This document shows positions 41,501 to 53,200 of a stretch of DNA of 64,000 nucleotides, one piece after another (position 1 is the stretch's first letter; each line of letters starts with the position of its first letter). The stretch is from Amphiscolops sp. MND2022 (taxonomy: Eukaryota), in NCBI GenBank assembly GCA_964187785.1, contig OZ076409.1:75704001-75768000 (forward strand), written 5' to 3'. A program made the translations under genes and the position numbers. Under the pieces are notes generated by a model. That model saw only the letters and a list, made by a program, of their open reading frames with translations. It was not told where the DNA came from and made no database searches.

Positions 41501-44112
41501 GGAAAATTGATGTTTTGAGTCTTTATCCCATCTGAAAGCCACTGAGATACAACATGTTTTGCTCAAAACGTATTTCATTGCAGTTTCGCTGTCCATTAAC
41601 ACCCTTTGGTGTCTTTTGACGTATTTTTCTTTTCTATAATAACATTTTTTCTGTGTATTTATTCATTTGTTTTTCATCAAATAACTTGAAACAGTTGAGT
41701 ACATTCCATCTCCCTTCCCGGGGGAGATGAGAATGTACTCGCTAAAGGCCGCGAACTACGGTCTATATCTTCCCCAAAACAAAAGAGATTGAAAATTGTT
41801 TCATTTTGTGGAAAAAGTTCTTCTTTTTGTACACTGTGACTCGACAAAGTGAACGTTTCTTACCTATTTTGAAACTTCCCTCACCAAAAACCATCTCTAA
41901 CGTCAGCGCCCCCCTACTTGCATCAACGCCCCCCGTCCGTGGGCATGCCGAGGCATGCCCTTCGACGACGTATACCAAGATATACCTGGAGCGCGGTAGC
42001 CGCTAGGTGCCGGGATTTCCATTCGATAAGGAATTCTGCGCGTGTGGGTAGGGCCCCTGGCGCGCTCCTGTGTTTTCGGTTTTCCTACTCCAAATTCACA
42101 CCCCAGTTATCTCCGATCTCGTAAACTATCCATACGATTTGGCTGAAATTTGGCACACGTACCCCCCTCGGCACGGTGAAGATGATTTCCTACTGACGTT
42201 TTTCCCGCTAAACATTTTTTGTTGACCAAAATAACGGTTTTTGGGGTAAAATTTTCAACTTTTTTTAAATTTTATCTTATATCTCGCCACGGGTACACGC
42301 TAGCGCTTCCAAACCTTGCTGACGAAAGTTTGCAAACTGTCTCAGGAATGCTGTGTGAAATTTTCGGCTCAATCGGACTTAAACTCGAGGAGATATAGCG
42401 TTTTTCCGGAGCGGGGGGGTTTCATTTTTCTAACGGTCCAGCTTATCTTTGCCATTTTTTCGAAAATGCACTCGCCTAAAGGCCTCCCCTGGCCGGTTTT
42501 ATTCCCAGCAAAACCATTTGGCCCTAAATACGGAGTTTCAGCGTTCCAGCATTCCCGGGCGAAAAGTTGTGGGACTTAGAAAATTTCAAAAATTTTCAAA
42601 AATTTTTTTCCGTTATTTGGGCCCCCAAAGTGGGGGAAAAGACCCCCCAACCAGTAAAGCAAGTGAATGCATGTGCAAAGCCCTTGTTTAGAGGAGAAAA
42701 ATGCCGTTTAGAACGTCTTTTTATCTTGGCTCAACGTTGACTTATGACGTTTTGAAGGTGATGTTTGGAGGTGTAAATCACGTGAATAGTAAACGTTATG
42801 AGTATTTATCTGATCTGAAAGCCATTGAGATGCAATATGGTTTGCTCAAAACGTAATTCATGGCAGTTTGGCAATCAATCAACACCCTTTGTTGTCGTTT
42901 GACATACTTTTTTGTTGTTATAATAAAAATTTTGTGTATTTGTTCATTTTTTTCTCATCAAATAACTTGAAACAGTTGAGTACATTCCATCCCCCCTTCC
43001 GGGGGAGATGAGAATGTACTCGCAAAAAGCAGCGAATTACGGCCCTTACCTTTCCGAGCTACGCAGTATAAGGATTACATATTGGTTCCGACATTTTCAT
43101 AGAGTTAAATCTTGGTAATCTGTCTGGATATGCAGAAAAATCAGCACGTGCCTTTTAATACCAAGTTGCTCACAACGACAATTATTTTATATCAACGCCC
43201 CCATATTTATCAACGCCCCCCGTCCGTGGGCATGCCGAGGCATGCCCTTCGACGACGTATACCAAGATATACATCGAGCGCGTTAGCCTAGGTGGTCCGG
43301 GGCTGTTTTTGCCCCACAAGAACTTTGCGAGGCCTGGGGAGGGTCCCGGAGCCGAGCGCAATATCCAAAATACATCACTAGTCCACCGGGTCCGATTTCG
43401 GCGATTTTGGAATCTAACCATACGATTTTAATAAAACTTTGCACACATACCTAAAATCAAATTATAAGAACTTTTTTCCCCTGACGTATCATCATTGAAA
43501 CATTTGTTGAAAAGTTATGTGCAAATGATCGTGTGTTTTGGTCATTTTTCGCATTTTTCACACAGTAGCTCCACACTTTACGCTATGCATTTGGCCCATT
43601 TTTTGCGTGCGCGGCATAAATGATGTCATGTTTACACATGCCAAAAACTATTTCTCAATTCGCAACAGGAGTGGAGATATGGCGGATAATAGTGGCGGAA
43701 AATTTCATGATTACGAAAATTTGCACATATTTGCCCAACATTTGTTTGAAAAATGAGAAAAATTAAAAAGTCCGCGGATTGCGTTGAAACTTGGCACACA
43801 GGTAGTTGAACAAATTCTAAGAACTTTTTCTCTCTGACGTTTTTCCGAAAAATTGCATCTTCAACCTATATTTGCAATATTTCGGATTTTTTGATTCAAG
43901 GTGATTTATCACTCACATATTCAAAGTCCATTTTCAGCATGAAGCAACGCAGATACCGGCAATGTGCACATATTGCAAAATCATCAACGGCCAATGGTCT
44001 ACCGAACGGTCCAAAAAAATTTTGCCCTCGGGCCCAATGAAAGTGGCCAAAAGTGCCAAAAGCTTTTTTCCAACAGTATCACCATTACAAAATTGATGAT
44101 TTGATCAGGAGG

Positions 44113-45300
44113 AACGGTCCGCACGGTCTCGGACCATAAGGTGAAAAAGTGTCAGTGAGTTATGGTGACGACCAAAATGACATTGGTTGACCTCTAAGAG
44201 GCCTCTGGAAAAATTTGATTTTTTTGAGTCACGGTCCGAGTTGATCTGTTACGTTGTATGAACATTTCATAATCATGTTACTCATAACCGAGTACAGATA
44301 GCACCGTGGGTCATCTTTATCAAAATGAACATTGGGCAGCGGTCTAACGATTGAGTGCAAAAAATATACCTTAGTTGCCGTAGTGACAGAAAAAAATTTT
44401 CAGAAGTGTTGTTTTCAATTTTTCATGTCGACTCGCAGTTACAAAATTGTGATTTTCTCTTCTGCAACGGTCCGAACGGTCTCGGACCATAAGATCAAAA
44501 TTTGTCAGTGTGACATGGTGGCGCCCAAAAACACATTAGAACAGTGGTAGGAAGCTTCTGAACAAATTTCGAAATTTTACGTGGGTCCGAGAGTTATAGT
44601 GTCACATCGTAACTACATTTCGGGTATGCATATCTCCTTACAGAGTACAGATAGCATCATGGGTCACCTTTTCGAAAAAGAACGTGGGCCACTGGTCTAT
44701 CGATTGGTCATAAAAAGTTTTCAGTCACTGCTGCACGGCGTGCACAATATGCCAATATGGGGTAGTTAGCATTTTTTTGCACGACTCGGACCTACAAAAG
44801 TCCCATTTCTGCTCCACCAACGGTCCGTACGGTCTTGAACCATAAGGTCAAAAAGTGTCAGTGTGCTATGGTGACGCCCAAAAACCCATCAGTACACTTG
44901 TAGAGTGCTTCTGAAAAATTTTGGAATTTTTAGGTGAGTCCGAGAGTTATAGAGAGTTATGTTGTCACATCGTAACTACTTTTCGGGTATGTATATCTCC
45001 TGACAGAGTACAGATAGCAACATGGGTCATCTTTTGGAAAGTAAACGTGGCCCACTGGCCTACCGAATGGTGATAAAAAATTTTCACTAGTTGCTACAGG
45101 GAATGATAAAAGTGCTTACATGTGTTACTTACCATTTTTTTAGGCGACTCGGACTTACAAAAAGCTTATTTGCTCGCCAACAACGGTCTCTACGGTCTCC
45201 GACCATAAGGTCAAAAAAGTTTTGTGAGCTATGGTGACGCCCAAAAACCCATCAGTTTACCTGTAGGATGATTCTGAAAAAATTTGTTTTTTTCCAGTTC
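44113..45300 (+). repeat. Internal ~355 bp diverged tandem subrepeat (3 full copies and 1 partial) inside the 4.9 kb unit
   Basis: AACGGTC(C/T)...GACCATAAG...TGGTG(A/G)CG motifs start at 44113, 44466, 44819 and 45182 (spacing 353, 353, 363). Each full copy contains GAGTACAGATAGCA. The same set begins at about 51092, 55992 and 60886. Confidence 0.85.
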
Positions 45301-47148
45301 ACTATGTTAGATACTACATGGCGAACCGTGTTATTTTTCCAACAAAATTATGTTTTTGAGTGCCCGAAATTAGTTTTTAAAGCACAATAGCCACATAAAA
45401 TGTTGTTTTGCATAACATGGGATGTGAATAACATGAAAAAAGTGCCCACTGTGGGTTTGGGGTCATTTTGAAAAAAATCAGCTGCCATTGGACGTTACAC
45501 AACAGAAAATCATACCTCACATATCAATATATGGGTTGAGTGAAAAATAGCTTAAATGATTTTTCAGTCAATCAAGACCCTTTTTTGTTCACAACCACGT
45601 GTACAGCTGACGTTTAACGCATATTGATCTTCCGCAATGGTTACATTACGATTTTGAGTGACAAAAGCCCCGTTGACAAACAAAATTCCAAGATAAAGTT
45701 TGTTTCCAAATCATTTTTTGACGTATACGACCGCCAATTTCTGCCCACACACATCAATTATCCACTTCTCTTAGTCCAGTGGCATGTGAAAAACACAACT
45801 AGGCATTGACAATCCACATACACTATAAATCGAGTAGTCATGGGCAACAATATTTACAAATCAGTAGTGAAATTTGTCTAAAATTGATAACACTTCACAA
45901 TTTTGTTGGAATCAAACTAGCAAAATGGAGGTTTATCAGCAACTTTTGGCTTTCACAGCAACCCACTGGCCCTGTAATATAGGAAAAGGGTGTTTACTGA
46001 ACTTTTAAGGTTATATTTCAGAGTCTGAGGTAGCTAAAAATATCATACTGAAGAGACGCATGACTTCAACTTCAGTATTTTTCCCGATGTGTCAGCACTT
46101 TTTTGGTATCGGCGGTCCCACCAATACTGTTTTTGGTCTGACACTAAACCTTAGGATCAACCAAGGTGGATACCAGACCTGAAAAATCCATGCAAGGAAT
46201 TTCGACATGTCAAAAGTAGTGATGACAGGAGATATTTCCCAAAAATTCCAGTTACTTGTCACGTTCCATTGTGCCTTTTTTAATCGGTCCTTGTCGGTTA
46301 TGGTATTAACGCTCAACAACAACCTCACTGACAACAAACAACTCGTTTATAGTTATAAAAAGTATTTATAATACAACCATGCTCGGTCTGGACAGGTTTT
46401 TCATCCCATTCTTTGTTAACAAGCAAATTTTTTTCCTCAAAAACCCAATTTTTGTCAGGTCGAAAATTGATTTCCCGTGTTTTGAACAACATTATTGTGT
46501 CTGACGTAACCTGTGGCCTCCAAAATACTGAAAAACAGATATATGACTGGTATCAAATGCTTCATTGACATGTGAGCCACGATAACACGTTTTGCAAAGA
46601 AAAATTCAACTTTTAAGTTAAAATTTTGAAGACACATTTTCATAATAAAAACAAAATTCATAAAAAGTAACTTTATTCCCGTCAAATACTATTGATATAC
46701 TATCAGTGTTGCTAATATGAGGTCTATACAGCGGTGTATGGGAAAAATGTGGCGCATAAAGCATTGTGTAACACAAAACTTTCCAAAGTACTGCGCATTT
46801 TTCACTGTACTTTTTGGACTCTATGACAAAAATTTGATAGTGTAAACATCAATGAGCAGTTCAATTTAGTACGATTATTCAACTGTGCATATGTTTCAAA
46901 GTGGACGATCTTTCTGTTGTTCCAAAATCCTTTGTTACGGCTGAAAAGATTCATATGTTTTACAACGCAATGTTCATTAAAAGATAAATTAGCAAAGACT
47001 GAATCAATTTTACAAAAGCTAACAAACTTCTCAATACGTCTTTCAGTACTTGGATTTTGCAGACTATATAGATCTGATTTGCATTTTTATAAAGACATTA
47101 TAACTGAATCTTGCATTTTTATAAAGAACTTATAAAAAAATTTCGTGA

Positions 47149-47187
47149 TAGCCTTCCAAGTTGGCCTTCGGCCAACTTGGAAGGCTA
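47149..47187. other. Perfect 18-bp-arm palindrome TAGCCTTCCAAGTTGGCC-TTC-GGCCAACTTGGAAGGCTA
   Basis: Identical copies at 54128-54166, 59027-59065 and 63921-63959. It lies about 1 kb before the unit end. Confidence 0.95.
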
Positions 47188-48189
47188 GCACTCCAAATAC
47201 CAAAAAACAGGAGTTCCTTTATTCTCAAAATAGCTGTGGACAGTTTCATTCAACTTTCTTTCCTCACGTTAATTGATAAATTCAGAACATAAACATTTCC
47301 ATTCGCTATAAGGAGATCATAATTGAGTTCCATAAAAACATCTTTCATTGTGTCGCTTAAAAATACCATAAAAACTAACTTGAAACATATGAATTGTATG
47401 TGGAACGTACATTCAATTTACCAGTGAGTGTCTACCCTTATTGGCTCCACCAAATCCTCTACCCCTCCACTAGACAGTACGTTACATCATACGTTGATGT
47501 ATTTCATAGTGGTGACATAGGGCCGAAAAAATAACGAAATGGAGTGTATGCATTGCTAATGCTATTAAGTCAGCCAATTGTGGTAGGAAAGGTTCAATAC
47601 TACAGAAAATATCTATTCCAACTGAAAATGATTTGGGGCAAACAGATGGCACACAAAAATACCTCAATAATTTTCACCAATCAATTTCTTCCACAAAAAC
47701 TTTTGTGTCCGATGGTGTATAATTTCCTAATTTGGAATCAGCCAGTCACGTCATTTTCACATCTCAGCTCGGTCATAACAGAGCGTTCTTTTTTGAAATT
47801 GTCTCTACCCAATTTCACTTAACGAGGCTGCTACGTCCCCTATTTGGAGTGTTATTAGTGTTTATAAGGGATTTATCACTCTAATGAACATATACTTCTA
47901 ATGTTGAAACTCTTTCACTTTTCTTTGTAAATTGTTAAAGTAGAACATTGCTGTTATTCAGCAGGAACTCGCTTTGGCTTGCAGAATGATGGAAAATAAA
48001 TGACAAGTCGCCCTGTAAGGCACCACGTGTCGTGGGGATGACAAATATGAAATAAGTTGAACACAACAAAGACTACTTTTGTCAACAGAAGGGAAAACGA
48101 ATATTTTAATTTTGAAAATTTTTATGTTTTTTAATACACATTTTCCTCGCATCTCGGCAGTGCAACTGCAACAACCTCGCCTCCACTGG

Positions 48190-49225
48190 GTGGTCCGGGG
48201 TAGTTCCCCACATTATTTAGTGCGAGGCCGGGGAGGGTCCCGATGCCGAGCTTAATTTTCGCGTGTCGTACTATATCCTTTAGCACACCAGTCAAAAAAC
48301 GGCGATTTTCGAATTGAACCGATAAAACTTCTTTAAACTTTGCATGTGTACTTATCTTGCCGATGTACAAATGATGTTCTGCTGGTCAAACATGATCCTA
48401 TTACTTGGCGGGAAGTTATGAGCAAATGATCGGTTTTTTCACCCTGTTTCGGTACTTTTTCGCTGCGCTATCTGCAGCATGTGAATACAATTGGCTGATA
48501 CTTTGCATGCGAGGCATAAATGATGTCAGGTGTGTGCATGCCAAAAATCATTAGGCTGGTGATACTAGGCTGGGAGATAGAAGTAGAAAAAGTAGTGGAA
48601 AATTGTGAATTCTCCGGTCATCGCGTCATAACTTCCGAACTTTGTATGAGATGGTGTTTAATGGAGCGGTAGCAGTACACTCGAGGTGGTTTCAACATCG
48701 CGTGGTCAGGATAAAAAAATAAAAAATGAAAAGTTCTACAAAAGTTCTACCAAAATTCTAAAAATTTAGAATTTTTTCAAAAATAAAGATTTTCTCATTT
48801 TTCGATGCTTTTTCACATTTTGAACGCAAAAAAGAAGTGACTCTGCACTTACGGTGACAATTAAAGGGGTTTCAGAGGTCAGAAAAGGTAATTGAGACAA
48901 TACTGAACTGTTGCTTCAGTTGTTGGAACTGAATGTGTAAGTATATTTTTGTTCAATTGTAAGTTACAACATCACCGTTCTCCGGAGGACCGCGAAGCAG
49001 TTCGGAGGAAGAACGGTGATGACAAACTACATTGCCTGTACATCACCTGTGATGGTTCGCGCGTGCGTTATAGGATGAATTATTGCAGATGAAAGAAAGC
49101 CGTTTTGAGCAAGTTTTGTACAATGCATAACAATTGATGGTCGTTATCCTGTGAGTTCCGCCTCATTGCTTACCTCTACAATGTCATTACGGCCTTTCTC
49201 GTGATTGTACCTTTGCCTCCACTGG
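48190..49225 (+). mobile_element. 1036 bp short cassette S1
   Basis: Starts GTGGTCCGGGGTAGTTCC and ends GTACCTTTGCCTCCACTGG. Its 5' part shares motifs with the 4.9 kb 5' end. It contains the palindrome CATCACCGTTCT...AGAACGGTGATG (48970-49021). Confidence 0.85.
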
Positions 49226-50273
49226 GTGGTCCGGGGTAGTTCCCCACATTATTTAGTGCGAGGCCGGGGAGGGTCCCGATGCCGAGCTTAATTTTCGCGT
49301 GTCGTACTATATCCTTTAGCACACCAGTCAAAAAACGGCGATTTTCGAATTGAACCGATAAAACTTCTTTAAACTTTGCATGTGTACTTATCTTGCCGAT
49401 GTAAGAATGATGTTCTGCTGGTCAAACATGATCCTATTACTTGGCGGGAAGTTATGAGCAAATGATCGGGTTTTTCACCCATTTTCGGTACTTTTTCGCT
49501 GCGCTATCTGCAGCATGTGGATACAATTGGCTGATACTTTGCATGCGAGGCATAAATGATGTCAGGTGTGTGCATGCCAAAAATCATTAGGCTGGTGATA
49601 CTAGGCTGGGAGATAGAAGTAGAAAAAGTAGTGGAAAATTGTGAATTTTCCCGTCATCGCGTCATAACTTCCGATCTTTGGATGAGATGGTGTTTACTTG
49701 AGCGGTAGCAGTGCAGTCGATGTGTTTTCAACATCGCGTGGTCAGGATAAAAAATAAAAAATAAAAAAGTTCTACAAAAGTTCTACAAAAATTCTAAAAA
49801 GTACGAATTTTTCCAAAAAAAAAGATTTTTTCATTTTCCATTGTATTTCTATACCAGGAATTCAGAAATCACATTATTTTTCGTGTCAACGGCGTCAAAA
49901 TGGGTTGTTTTTTAATATTGACCGCTTTCACCAGCTTGATGTACCAGTTTCGGTAAGTATTTGAAAAATATTCAGGGTTGAGGCAAATGCATAAGTAGCA
50001 CGATTTTAAAACGTCATTTTATTTGTCACCGGTGTTCCGAGGGATGCACAGCAGCACGCAGGAACAACGGTGACCCGGAAGGAAGGCTGTAGATACTTCT
50101 TACGACCGAAGGCAGTCACTGTTTAATTTTCTTCGACATGATTATGTACGTCGTTGCGATGTGCATCGCCAAAAATTCACATCAGTGACCCCAAAGTGGA
50201 ACAATTTATACATGAATTGAGAACAGACAGTACCGTTCGGCCCCCTGGTAATTGGTACCTTTGCCACCACTGG
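49226..50273 (+). mobile_element. 1048 bp short cassette S2
   Basis: The first ~600 bp are near-identical to S1 and the next ~420 bp differ. It contains the palindrome GTCACCGGTGTTCC...GGAACAACGGTGAC (50025-50074) and ends GTACCTTTGCCACCACTGG. Confidence 0.85.
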
Positions 50274-53200
50274 GTGGTCCGGGGTGGTCCCCCACAAGAA
50301 CTATTGCGAGGCCTGGGGAGGGTCCCGGAGCCGAGCGCTATATACAAAATGCATCCATGGTAGACCGGGAGAAAAACAAGCGATTTTCCAATCTAACCGT
50401 TAGATTTCCATGAAACTTTGCACACATACATAAAATTAAATTCTAAGAACTTTTTCCCCCTGACGTATCATGATTGAAACATTTGTTGGAAAGTTATGTG
50501 CAAATGATCGTGTTTTTTGGCCATTTTTCGCATTTTTCACGCAGCAGCTCCACACTTTACGCTATGCATTTGGCCCATTTTTTGCGTGCGAGGCATAAAT
50601 GATGTCATGTTTACACATGCCAAAAATTAATTCTCAATTCGCAACAGGAGTGGAGATATGGCGGATAATATTGGCGGAAAATTTACCGAATACGAAAATT
50701 TGCACATATTTGGCCAAAATTTGTTTCGAAAATGAGAAAAATCAAAAAGTCCGCGGATTGCGTTGAAACTTGGCAAAAAGGTAGTAGAACAAATTCTAAG
50801 AAGTTTTTCCTTCTGACGTTTTTCCGAAAAATTGCATCTTCAACCTATATTTGCAATATTTCGGGTTTTGTGATTCAAGGTGATTTATCACTCACATATT
50901 CAAAGTCCATTATCAGCATGAAGCAATGCAGATACCGCCAATGTGCACATATTGCAAAATCATCAACGGCCAACGGTCTACCGAACGGTCCAAAAAAATT
51001 TTCCCCTCGGGCCCAATCAAAGTGGTCAAAAGTGGCAAAAGGTTTTTTCCAATAGTATCACCATTACAAAATTGATGATTTGACCAGGAGGAACGGTCCG
51101 CACGGTCTCGGACCATAAGGTAAAAAAGTGTCAGTGAGTTATGGTGACGACTAAAATGACATCGGTTGACCTCTAAGAGGCCTCTGGAAAAATTTGATTT
51201 TTTTGAGTCACGGTCCGAGTTGATCTGTTACGTTGTATCAACATTTCATAATCATGTTACTCATAACCGAGTACAGATAGCACCGTGGGTCATCTTTATC
51301 AAAATGAACGTTGGGCAGCGGTCTAACGATTGAGTGCAAAAAATATACTATAGCTGCCATAGTGAAAGAAAAAAATTTTCAGAAGTGTTGTTTTCAATTT
51401 TTCATGTCGACTCGCAGTTACAAAAATGTGATTTTCTCTTCAGCAACGGTCCGAACGGTCTGGTACCATAAGATAAAAATTTGTCAGTGTAACATGGTGG
51501 CGCCCAAAAACACATCAGAACACTGGTAGGAAGCGTCTGAACGATTTTCGAATTTTCACGTGGGTCCGAGAGTTATAGTGTCACATCGTAAGTACATTTC
51601 GGGTATGCATATCTCCTCACAGAGTACAGATAGCATCCTGGGTCACCTTTTCGAAAAAGAACGTGGGCCACTGGTCTATCGATTGGTCATGAAAAGTTTT
51701 CAGTCAGTGCTGCACGGCGTGAATAATATGCCTATATGCGGTATTTAGCATTTTTTTGCACGACTCGGACCTACAAAAGGCCCATTTCTGCTCCACCAAC
51801 GGTCCGTACGGTCTTCGACCATAAGGTCAAAAAGTGTCTGTGTGCTATGGTGACGCCCAAAAACCTATCAGTACACTTGTAGAGTGCTTCTGAAAAATTT
51901 TGGATTTTTTAGGTGAGTCCGAGAGTTATGGAGAGTTATGTTGTCACATCGAAACTACATTTCGGGTATGTATATCTCCTGACAGAGTACAGATAGCAAC
52001 ATGGGTCATCTTTTGGAAAGTGAACGTGAGCCACTGGCCTACCAAATGGTGATAAAAAGTTTTCATCAGTTGGTACAGGGAGTGACAAAAGTGCTTACAT
52101 GGGGTACTTAGCATTTTTCCAGGCGACTCGGACTTACAAAAAGCTTATTTGCCCGCCAACAACGGTCTGTACGGTCTCCACTCAATGGGTCGAAATTTTT
52201 TTGTGGGCTATGGTGACGCTCAAAAACCCATCAGTTTACTTGTGGGATGATTCTGTAAAAATTTAGTGTTTTCGTGCAGACTATGTTACATATTACATTG
52301 GGAACCGTGTTTTTTTCTCTCCAAAATCATGTTTTTGAGTGCCCAAAAACTGTTTGTAAAGCCCAGTAGCCATCTAAAATGTACTTTTGCATAACATGGG
52401 GTGTGAGTAACGTGAAGAAAGTGCTCACTGTGGATTTGGAGTTATGTCGAAAAAATCAGCTGCCATTAGACGTTACATTACAGAAAATCGTACCTTACAT
52501 ATCGATTCATGGGTTGAGTCAAAAACAGCTAAAGTTCTTTTTCAGTCAATCAAGACTCTTTTTTGTTCACAACCAAGCGTACTGCTGACGTCGAACCTAT
52601 TTTGACCTTCCACAATGGTTATAGTGCAATTTTGAGGTACAAAAGCCTCGTTGACAAACAAAATTCCAAGATGAAATAGCTTTCCAAATCATTTTTTGAA
52701 GTATAGGAACGCCATTTTTAGCCGACAACCATCAAATATCCACTTCTCTTGGCCCAGTGGCTTGTGAAAAATACAACTGGGCATTGACAAGGCACAAGGA
52801 CCTTACTTCGAGTAGTCATGTGCCACAATATTTGCTAATCGATAGCAAATTTTGTTGAAAATTGAAACAACATCACATTTTTGGTGGACTCGAAATGACA
52901 AAATGGAGCTTCTGCAGCAACTATAGGCTTTTAGTGCAACTCAGTGGCACTGTTATTTAGGAAAATACGGTCTACAGTAGTTTCATGCTACTTTTTCAGA
53001 ATCTGAGGTACATAAAAATATCATACTGAATAGACATATGACTTAAACATTGGAATTTTTCCGGTTGTGTCACCACTTTTTTGGTATCAGCGGTCCTACC
53101 AACACTGTTTTTGGTCTAAAACTAAACCCGAGGCTCAACCAAGATGTATATCAGACTTGTAAAATAAATGCAAGGACTTTCGACATGTCAAAAGTACTGA

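Larger units (their letters stand above)
737..43291 (+). mobile_element. Block of 34 consecutive units, mostly the ~1.26-1.32 kb non-autonomous family with multiple 5' and 3' subtypes
   Basis: Junction spacing is 1263-1318 bp except for three units (1042, 1392 and 314 bp). Units share a central block, a GAGTACATT hairpin and the 3' end. No long ORF. Confidence 0.85.
43292..48189 (+). mobile_element. 4898 bp non-coding cassette, subtype alpha
   Basis: Starts GTGGTCCGGGGCTG and ends CCTCGCCTCCACTGG. Near-identical to 55169-60066. No long ORF. Confidence 0.85.

Noticed and set aside
661..43291. CRISPR array (conserved palindromic repeat with variable intervening DNA)
   Set aside because: The period is about 1.3 kb, the intervening sequences are homologous to each other, and there are no cas genes.
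737..43291. Tandem 5S rRNA, tRNA, snRNA, SL RNA or histone gene repeat
   Set aside because: I recognised no such gene sequence or pol III A/B boxes. TACTTACCT (about 18208) resembles the U1 5' end but does not continue and is limited to one subtype. An Rfam search would settle this.
48937..49959. GTAAGTA splice-donor-like motifs in both S1 and S2 variable regions
   Set aside because: These are short motifs at different distances from the hairpin, with no supporting exon, ORF or acceptor. They cannot be distinguished from chance without RNA data.
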